This document shows positions 37,753 through 46,679 of a DNA stretch of 46,679 bases, in pieces. A program made the translations under genes and the position numbers. Every line of letters begins with the position of its first letter. Within the stretch, counting starts at the first letter, position 1. Location of the stretch: NCBI GenBank assembly GCA_008632985.1, contig QPGO01000159.1, positions 124,001-170,679 of the forward strand, given 5' to 3'. The notes below the pieces were generated by a model. It was given only the letters and a program-made list of their open reading frames with translations, had not been told where the DNA came from and made no database searches. This DNA comes from Psammoneis japonica (lineage: Eukaryota).

Positions 37753-40137
37753 TAAGAAAAATAAATTGTTCTGAATGGGCAGCTCCAACCTTTATTCAAC
37801 CAAAGAAAAATGGTCGAGTCTGGTTCTTATCCAACTTTCGTGAGCTGAATAAGAGGATAATACGTACGCCGTTTCCTCTGCCCAATGTTCAGGATATGCT
37901 GCAGAAGCTTGAAGGTTTCATGTATGCAACATCCCTTGATTTGAATATGGGACACTATCACATCGAATTAACGCCGCATGCACGTCGTCCATGCACGATT
38001 GTCATGCCTTGGGGCAAACATGAGTGCTGTAGACTCCCCATGGGAATCTGTGGAGCTCCAGATATTTTCCAAGAGCACATGAGTGAGCTCATGGCAGGTC
38101 TGGAGTTCGTCAGGACTTACATTGACGACATCCTGTGCCTTACAAAAGGTGATTTCCAAGACCACCTCAAGAAGCTTGAGATGGTGTTTTTATGCCTTGA
38201 ACAAGCCGGATTGAAGGTCAATGCCAAAAAGTCTTTTTTTGCTAAACCCGAAGTAGACTATCTGGGCTTTCACATCACCCGTAATGGCATCAGTCCCATT
38301 CCAAAAAAAGTAGAAGCGATTCAAGCGATCGCAATCCCTAAAACTTGTAAAGAATTGTGACGCTTTATCGGTCTGATCAACTGCTGTCGAGACATGTGGC
38401 CTCGACGATCTCATGTTCTAGCTCCTTTAGCCAAACTTACTTTTCAGACCAAGTAAAGTGGCAATGGACCGAAACAGAACAAAAAGCAAGCCTTCAAAAA
38501 TGTGAAGCGCATCATCTCTAAAGATGTGCTGTTGTCATACCCACATTTCAACATGCCCTTTGAGACACATGCTGATGCAAGTAATTCTCAATTGGGGGCG
38601 GTTATCACGCAGAATAACCGGACCAATTGCCCTGCCTTTTACAGCTGTAAGCTGAATGGAGCGCAGACGCATTGTGCTACAATGGAAAAAGAACTATTGT
38701 CCACAGTGGAGACATTAAAAGAGTTCCGAAATATGCTGTTTGGCCAACAGATAAACACACACACGGATCACAAAAATCTCACACATGAACATTTCACAAT
38801 GGACAGAGTCATGCATCGGCGTCTAATGACAGAAGAATGCAGTCCCAAAATGACACATCTTGAGGGCAAGGCGAATGTTGTCGCAGATGCGATTAGCTGA
38901 CTTGCTGTTAAAAAAAGGAACCCATGGAAAACCTCAGCACAGAAGAGTCAGCTGAAAAGGTCCTGCCAAAATCCTACAACAATGTCTTTCCGTTAAATTA
39001 CAAAGTTCTTGACACTGAACAAAATCAGGATAAAGACATTCTCTCCAACTTGTCTAACAAGACATTTCATATGAAGACTTTTCATGGAGGTGAGCGAGAC
39101 CGGTTGCTCACATGTCATAAGGATAAAATCGTCGTTCCAAAGACGTTACAAAAGGAAGTGATAGATTGGTGCCATGCGCACCTTCTTCACCCTGGCATAA
39201 ACCAAACAGAAGAAACAATCTAACAACACTTATGGTGGTCTACCTTACATGAAGACATAAGAAAATACGTGTCGACATGTGAGACATGCCAGAAATTCAA
39301 AAAGAAACACAAGATGTACGGACATTTACCTCCTAAGTGCGCAGAATCTGTGCCACGGGAACAACTGTGTGTGGATCTTGTTGGACCATACAAGATACGT
39401 CGTAAGGGAAAGAAGAAACCCCCAGTCCTGAAGTGTGTTTAACAATGATTGATCCAGCAACCGGATGGTTTGAAGTTGTGGAAATTCCAAATAAGGAATC
39501 CATAACTGCAGCTGGACTATTAGAACGGACATGGTTAAGTAGATGTCCTTGGCCATCGTTGATCACTTATGATCGTGGAAGTGAGTTCATCGGACACCAA
39601 TTTAAAGACATGGTGCAAGATGATTATGGCATTAAAGTCAAGCCTATAACTACACAAAATCCACAAGCAAACGCAATTATTGAATGCGCACATCAAGTGC
39701 TGGGAAACATGATCCACACACTTGACTTGCAACATGCACCTCTGGACACTGAGGATCCTTTCGCTGGAACATTGTCAGCAGCAGCATTTGCAGTACGTTC
39801 AACATATCATGCCACTACGCAAGCTACACCTGGACAATTTGTCTTTAACAGAGACGTGACATTTAACTTCCAACACGTCGCAGACTGGAAATTTATCCAG
39901 CAGCGAAAACAAAAAATTATAAATAGAAATAACCCTCGAGAGAATACTCAACGTACTCCTTACACGTACAAAGTAGGAAAAAAGACACTGCTCGAGAAAG
40001 ACTCGCAGAAACTAGAACAGCCCTATGTTGGACCGTATGTAATAACAACGGTGCACACTAATGGCACAGTACAGATCAAACGCGGTGACGTCCTTGACAC
40101 TGTCAATGTCCATTGAATTATTCCATTTAACGACTGA
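37753..40137 (+). pseudogene. pol: Gypsy A3 pol (RT-RNaseH-INT)
   Basis: SEWAAPTF, YIDD, ADAS, CVDLVGP, YDRGSEF, GPY; stops and frameshifts. Confidence 0.93.
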
Positions 40138-40163
40138 CTCTAATGTGCAATTAGGGAGGCGAA

Positions 40164-40538
40164 TGATGCGTTGTTATGTACATTATATATGCACATATAA
40201 AGACATTAAATAAATTTGTGTTTCAATCGTACGTCAATCGTGGGTTCGTACAAAGGACAGATCAATCACACAGAATTGATCGGATGTCGAAAATGGCAAA
40301 TACGATTGTACGATGATGTTGACATCTTATGTGTCAATGTCAATCGTATCCGGACAATCTGTTGTCACGATCTTATTCTCCGAAAGGCCTCTTGTCTGCA
40401 GGAACAGTGCAAATGCTTTAGGCCATTGAGAACCCGTTCGGAGAAACCCAAAATGATTGAGTAGAAATAATTCTCATAATTTTCACTTTTCATACTTGAT
40501 TCTACTTTCATTTATACTCGTTCTTCGAGCATGGTGCA
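40164..40538 (+). repeat. Gypsy A3 3' LTR
   Basis: Reverse complement of the A1 LTR, with a small deletion at its start. Confidence 0.93.
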
Positions 40539-40850
40539 CATCGACTCAGAAACCAATGACTAAGAAAGTCAACTCTCATCGCTCATGGTGGGAGATGCTT
40601 TTTTTGTGGTTCTGAGCGTTGCATGGGATGCAACTTCAAAATGCCATGTCATGTGCTGTGACATCGCAGCGCTTTGTACGCAATGCATGGGGTGATGATG
40701 TGTGAACCTCAAGCAACCGGGAGGTGGTAGCTGCCCAACCCACAAAAAGTAACCCGGATGTTGGGATTCTTAATTCACCAAAATCAGGTGATTTTGCTAA
40801 ATCTAACAAGCCATCCACCCTTGACCACCAGTTCACCAACGATGAGAAGT

Positions 40851-41218
40851 TGTTGAACCGATGAGTTAATGGCGGTAAACGGGAATCTTATAAAGAATCC
40901 TCCGCTCTCGTTGTGCTCGTCCTGGTTGCTTGTACGGCTGTGGTTTGCCTAGAAGATTGTTCAGCACAAACTTCGTTTACTTGTTAGACATTTGTTTTAA
41001 CAGATACTTCCCAGCACCGATCGATATAGATGATAAACCAGATGATTCACTCTAAAGAGTGAGAAAGTTGTTGCGTGAACGACAGATCGATGACGAAGAA
41101 GATACAGTCATCGGAATGTACACGTCATCGGATTGTATGCGTATGGAGCCTCACATATCTTTCACTTCAATTCATATATATTCGGGTTACTTTCACCCCG
41201 TATTCACATGCTCCAACA
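40851..41218 (-). repeat. Putative Copia-III 3' LTR (368 bp)
   Basis: TGTTG/CAACA inverted termini, adjacent PPT and TATATA on the minus strand. The partner LTR is not in the window. Confidence 0.7.
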
Positions 41219-41230
41219 CACTCCTGCCAC

Positions 41231-42662
41231 TCACATCGATTGTTCTTGAACGTCGTAAGTGGGAACAGCGCCCTTTGGAATAATGTCGTATCCTGTTACA
41301 TCAGGAACACCTGTCCCTTCCACACTCATGTCGGTTTCGGTGCTGTAACACCACTGTGTCTGATTAGGATTCAAAAAGTCAAGCATGCCATTGAATGAAT
41401 CGGTGATGCCTTCAACACAGCACACAAATTGGGTTGCACAGTCGCGTCGGATTCGTTCTTTCACGACATCGTTACTGAAGCCACCTTTGTGCTTGGTCTC
41501 CAGGTTCGTAATAACGTCCTTGATCCATCCATGGATTACGTCTGGACGTAACTCGAAAAAAGTTACTTGGCTGATAAGCCACAGGCTTCTGTGATCGGAT
41601 GGCCAGCCAGCATTGAGGCTGAAGAGCATTGCCAGCTTGAATCCATCGTATGTCATTCCATTACCATCAATGGCCAATGAGTACCGGACGAGATTGTCCA
41701 TGTTGCGATTCCGCTGACATGATTCAAAAGGATCCACGTTCAAATCCATAAGTCCTCCAACTTCGCCGTGGGTGTTAACCCCATATAACGGTAAACCACA
41801 GGTCCGTGACAAGACAAGTCGGTCAATGTCACTGCGGTCTAGTGCAAGCTTGAGCTCATTGCCTCGCGATCGCCACAGGTTGGATCGCCTTGTGTTAAGA
41901 GCTTGCGGTCTACCGGCTAAGCATTGCCAGTGGTCTCGAGTGGTGTGTGCCGTCTGGCTCTTGTTCCTGATCTCGAGCAGTCTCTGTTCCATGTCATCAT
42001 GGAGAGAGAACATTGGTGTTGTAGCGGACATGTGGTGCCGCATGGGAGGCGACCACTTCTTGTATAGTTCAAAGACTGACTCCATGAGACCAAAACGTTG
42101 TCTCCATAGTCTCATGAACACCTCCTTGAATTGCTGACGGTGAGTCACGAATCGCTCTTCCCAGCAAATCATGTGATGGTCTAGCGTGTCCATCGCTAAG
42201 ACCGGCTCTTCGGCAGGTAGATCGCCCATCTACCATTTCTACGTTTGCGTTATGACTCGGTGCAAACGCTCTTGTCCAAAGGGAGAGTTGGTCCCTTGCT
42301 CGTTTGTATGCTCTTGCACCGCGTTCTTGGAGAACTTCCTCCTTTCTTCCGTTCCATAAATCCACAGGAAGACTATCGGCACGTAGGTCGCCCGTCCTGA
42401 CAAACTCATCCTTGATGCTTGCATCAATTGCGCAGGCGCCTGCCACCTCTAAAAAATAGTTGTTCGGCCAACGATTCAACACTGTGCCGGTTGTGTCGTG
42501 AGTGACATGTTCTTGTGGCCTTTTCTCATTGTACAAGTGCCGCGTGGCCCTTTCTTGGTGCATCACTTGGTTGATAAGGTCTCCGACACGTTCGTTCGGT
42601 GCCGCTTCTAACACGGCGCTCAGGATGGCTTGATCAATGTCTACCTCCTCGTCGTCATTCAT
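41231..42662 (-). CDS. Extra ORF downstream of Copia-III pol (197-aa and 332-aa overlapping ORFs, probably one ~480-aa frameshifted gene); function unknown
   Basis: Same sense as pol. Starts 150 bp after the pol stop and ends at the PPT. Globular-looking composition with no recognisable motif. Confidence 0.6.
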
Positions 42663-44822
42663 TGTCGATCGTTGTTGTTGTGCGAAATATGATTCGCTCC
42701 GGGGAAGATCGCACGATCGTCATTCTCCGGGTGCCAGGGATCTTTCACCCACACGCGTCAGAATTCTCGTCTGACGTCACAAACAGGAATCTTACCTGTT
42801 GCCGTTAGGACTTAACGTCCCATAACAGCTCGTTTGAATTTTAAAAACTTTTCACCTTGCAATGGCTTGGTCATGAAATCTCCAATCATCGCGTCGGTAG
42901 GACAGTGCTCGATAGTTAGGTTGCCCTTCTTGACTTGGTCGCACACGAAGAAGTGTCGTATGTTCAGCGCTCTGGAATGCTTGCCTGCGCTCCGACGACC
43001 GTTCATCTCTAATAGCGTTGCACTTTTGTTGTCTTGGCATAGGATGTTCTTGTCGATGGGATATCCTTGGTGCTCCATAAACAGCTTCGTCCATAGGATC
43101 ATGGTCATTGCGTCGTCGACACCCACTAGTTCGGCTTCTGCACTGCTTCGGGTGTTCAATTTCTGTCTTCGTGACATAGCTTGTATCGCTCCATCGCCCA
43201 TTGTCATCACTGCTCTGGTGTGGCTCTTGAAATCTGGATGCACCGCGAAGGATGCGTCGACACACCACTTTATTACTCGGAGATCTTTAGCGCTCAGGGT
43301 AGCCACCTCATTACGCGTTCGATTCAGATGCTTGAGGTGCCGGATGAGCTTCGCCCAGTCTTTGTTGGTGGGCTCTCTTGTCCGTGTGCATAATGCTGAC
43401 ATCGTCGGATGGACGTCCATGCGTCCGCGTTTGGATGCGAATGGTCCTTTCGCTACCCACGCATGGAATGTCTGTGCTTTCTCTGGTGGTAATTTTGTTC
43501 CACCCACCTCAAATAGGTTCTCCCCTGCTGGTGTCACAGCAAAATCTGTGCTCTTGATCTTTTCTGGAAATTTGTCAATCATAGATCCGACATACTTTCT
43601 CATGTCTACCATCACCTTCCCTTTGTCAGTGAAGTCCAGGATCATGCCGAGGTAGTCATGTTTCGGACCCCTCGTCGCCACGACTTCGCCGTGACTCCCG
43701 TACTTTCTGTTTAACCAGTTGAGGAACTTGTCGTTAACTTTTGGGTTGACGTGGCTTGACAGTAAGTCATCCATGTGAAATCGTACTGTGTGCTGCTTTC
43801 CGTTGACAATTCGGTTAGCAATGCACGGGTCATATGGGTTGAACTTGAACCCCACCCTTTCCAAGTCTTTACGGAACTTCTTGTACCACAGTAATGCGGC
43901 AACAAGCATGCCGTAGATTGCTCTGACGACTTGGACGTAAAGGACTCTCTTTCCTTTTTCTAGGACTACGTGCGGTCCATACAAGTTCGGATCAATGTTT
44001 ACCAGCATGTCCACAAGTGAACCTGTAATCTTCATCATGATTCGTTCCTCGCCTTCCTTGGGTTCTGGAACTTCTGTTTGAATGAATGCGTTGGGGATAT
44101 CAGTGCTCATAACATCGCGTCCCTCGTCTGCATCGATTGCCGCAGTCATCAGGATTCCTTCCAATGATGCTGTCGGACTGGCTGATTCGTCTTTGTCTAG
44201 CCATTCTCTGGATGGTTTTCCGTTATATACCATCCGCCCTTTGATGCGACCATCGCGTTTCTCTGTAAGGAACATCAGGGCTATCATCGCCTTCTTCCTC
44301 TCGGTCGGAGTCATGCTTTTCACTGACACCGGTTGGAAGCAAACTCGGTCGTGTAGTTGTTTCATTTCTTTCTGTGAGGCGTCATGTCCTCGCTGTCCAA
44401 ATAGTTTGAGACCTTTATGCAGCAGATGTTGCTGACCGAACGACATCTCCTTTCCTGCTCGTGCTCTGTCATTATATTTGCACATGAAAAAGGCAGTGAC
44501 CAATCCTTCTTCATAGTCATAGTCTATGTCGTCTTGTGGGTTAGGACTCCCGTTGGTCAGGATATTGTGGCAGCACTCGAGCTTTCTTAGCTCTTGTTCT
44601 TCTTCTTGGGTTCTCGCCACTCCTGCAAAGCGGACTTTCTTTCTCGTGTCACTTGTCTTTGCTTTTGTATTGTAGCTACGTCCTGATCTTGTGGTTCGGC
44701 TTGTTGTTTCTGCTGATTCTCCTGGTTGTTTCATCTCTTCTTGGTATTGATTTGGACTGGATCCATCTTCTGCGAGGATCACATTGGTTTCTTCGTGTTC
44801 TTCGTCAGATTCATATTCGTCA

Positions 44823-44922
44823 TCGTTATTGTTGTCGCTGTCGTTGTCGTTGTCGCTGTTGCTGTCGCTGTCGTTGTCGCTGTCGCTGTTGCTGTCGCTG
44901 TCACTGTCGCTGTCGCTGTCAT
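44823..44922 (-). repeat. Coding hexamer microsatellite (GACAGC/GACAAC) encoding a DS/DN acidic linker
   Basis: Visible (TGTCGC/TGTCGT)n run on the plus strand. Confidence 0.9.
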
Positions 44923-45915
44923 CCACTCCTGCAGTCCAATCAGTATCACGAAGATTGTCACCATATTTGCCGGTGAACTTGAAGTCCTTGATGCCTTGAC
45001 GAGAGGCCATGCGTTCAACCGCCCGAACGTGGGTATCGGTTAAAGGGACTGCAGTGCATTTGTAGGGGTTAAGAAGTTTCCCTGTGTGGAGATTCACAGT
45101 GTAGTGTCCCCCTTTGTCCGTGTCGTAACGGGGGCGCAGGCAGACACTGTCGATCCCACGTGTTTCCATTGTATTCGTGGGGGAATTCTCGACGTGTGAA
45201 AGAACAAATTCACCGAAAGTGAAAGCAAAATGTTTGGTGTAGTCGAGATTCCTGCGTTGTAGGATAGTATGTGGACTGCAAACGTCCGAGATGCCCTCTT
45301 TTTTCGGGTGCATATTTGACATCATAGTGTTCTTGATTACCGCGTGCTCACACATGAGCTTAGGCATTGCCTTATATGGCATGTGTTGAACGGTAGCTCT
45401 TGTCCATTCCTTAATGGTTTGAATGCTGCGTTCGACTTCAGGTGCGTGATCCTTGGTGTTGGTGCTGATAAGTTCAATGTCCATGCCGTCCGCAACGTCG
45501 GAAAGCATCTCTTTAAATTCAGGATCACACTCGATGAAGTCAATCTTGAAGGAAGCCTTGTTGCATTGGCGTAGAATAGTGTCCAGTGCGTCATACACGT
45601 GAACGTGCTTCTTGGACTTTAAACACACGCTCGCTCGACATTTAATCGTCTTGTCAATAGAATGGAGTAGCTTGACTCCACAAACCTCCATGATGTCAAT
45701 GCATAGAGTAATGCCGTCCTTCTGTCTCTCATAAAGCTCTGGCGGCAAGGAAATAATGTCGTTCCTCTCATGGGAACGGTGGGCGCGTTTGGATTTTCCT
45801 TTCACTGCGTCCACAGGTGGACCCCAAATGGCCACCATACGATCGGCGTCTTCGGGAATAATGTTGAGATTCTTGACTTGGTTCGATCGTAGGAATCGCT
45901 TGTAATCCCGCAAAC

Positions 45916-46361
45916 TGGGGATACCAGCCTCGTAGTAGAATCGGAGAGCCTCTTTTGCCCTCGCGATCTCGCGTTTTGTGTGCCCTTTTGAGTTTTCTTT
46001 GGCAGTCGGAATCACTGTCCCAGCAACACTACCTGGCCCGCGCTTCTTGCGCTTCGATTGCTTGGATCCTGTCACATTCATGTTTACATGTTGCTCTGCT
46101 TCTTGGAGCTCCTTCACGTAACCTAGGAATCCATTACTTGGGGATGCCAGCCTCGTAGTAGAATCGGAGAGCCTCTTTTGCCCTCGCGATCTCGCGTTTT
46201 GTATGCCCTTTTGAGTTTTCTTTGGCAGTCGGAATCACTGTCCCAGCAACACTACCTGGCCCGCGCTTCTTGCGCTTCGATTGCTTGGATCCTGTCATGT
46301 TCATGTTTACATGTTGCTCTGCTTCTTGGAGCTCCTTCACGTAACCTGGGAATCCATTACT
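45916..46361. repeat. 223-bp tandem duplication inside Copia-III pol
   Basis: 45916-46138 and 46139-46361 differ at 5 positions. Confidence 0.96.
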
Positions 46362-46679
46362 CGGTGTAAACGCGTATAGGCCAATGCTGTTCGCCTTGAA
46401 CACCGCGACTTGCTTCCCCGACTTCTTATCCAGTAAGCGGAATTCATCGGCTACTCGCGTGTCATAGGTCATGTCGTACTTTTTCTTGACGTCTCGTAAA
46501 CTGAGGATGTTTGCAATTGCATTCTTTGTTCCGAGTTTCATGTCACCCCATCCTGGCATGGTACAGTCTTTATCCAGCGTGTCCACTCCTGTGTTCGTTG
46601 ATAGGTCGATCTTGACCTTTGCTGGTCTGATGTTGTGTACGAGATTCCCACTCGCTGCCATGCTAAGGGTGGATCCATT

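Larger units (their letters stand above)
35847..40538 (+). mobile_element. Gypsy family A3: 5'-deleted copy (gag 35847-36420, RT-RH-INT 37753-40137, 3' LTR)
   Basis: Close paralogue of A1 on the opposite strand. Lacks the 5' LTR and the gag-end/PR/RT-start region. PPT TAGGGAGGCGAA. Confidence 0.92.
40851..46679 (-). mobile_element. Copia-III LTR retrotransposon; 5' part lies outside the window
   Basis: PR-INT-RT-RH order. Putative 3' LTR 40851-41218 (TGTTG...CAACA), preceded by PPT-like GAGTGGCAGGAGTG. The left flank 40811-40850 resembles Copia-I sequence at ~33969-34008. Confidence 0.9.
42812..46679 (-). pseudogene. pol: Copia-III pol; 1101-aa open stretch, frame broken by a 223-bp tandem duplication
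   Basis: NGST (protease, at the window edge); LCIDIM, ECDPEF, EVERSIQTIKE; KRDGRIKGR, DIPNAF, RAIYGML, FHMDDL; VDASFAVH, EAELVG, QDNKSA, GDFMTKPLQG. Confidence 0.95.

Noticed and set aside
40539..40810. Continuation of Copia-I after Gypsy A3
   Set aside because: The sequence does not resume the RT region and no TSD can be verified; left unassigned.
42834..43655. 273-aa plus-strand ORF (and 32200-32940)
   Set aside because: Antisense to pol or gag; open frames are expected where TAA/TAG have been eroded.
44653..45043. CR-, VA-, LS- and TA-repeat ORFs
   Set aside because: Alternative frames of the hexamer microsatellite in Copia-III pol.
42812..46117. Alternative genetic code or an intact active pol
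   Set aside because: Tyr is replaced by both Cys and His, and Ile, Leu and Val codons are hit too. Paralogues differ at these sites, so this is mutation rather than recoding, and the gene is frameshifted at the duplication.

Overview
A gene-free eukaryotic transposon nest. It is probably from a diatom or other stramenopile, inferred from the CoDi-like Copia proteins. Reading LTR pairs, target-site duplications (TSDs) and reading frames that resume across insertions resolves it into: five Ty3/Gypsy family-A copies (a near-complete A1, a deleted A3, three degenerate A2), one Gypsy family-B element, three Ty1/Copia elements, a ~450-bp TRIM-like mini-LTR element carrying a tRNA-type A/B-box promoter, two TA-flanked MITEs, a CRE-like non-LTR remnant, a DDE transposase pseudogene with a ~180-bp satellite, and an unexplained 1.3-kb insert. 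The centre is a five-deep nest: MITE in Copia-II in Gypsy-A1 in TRIM in Copia-I. Four signals stand out. (1) Strand-symmetric, patchy TpA->TpG/CpA hypermutation of the repeats, the reverse of fungal RIP, turning conserved Tyr into Cys/His without creating stops. (2) Three unrelated LTR families carry a perfect 12-bp palindrome where a tRNA primer-binding site should be. (3) The tRNA-headed TRIM. (4) A ~480-codon extra sense ORF between pol and the 3' LTR of a Copia. All family calls come from motif recognition by eye; no searches were run.
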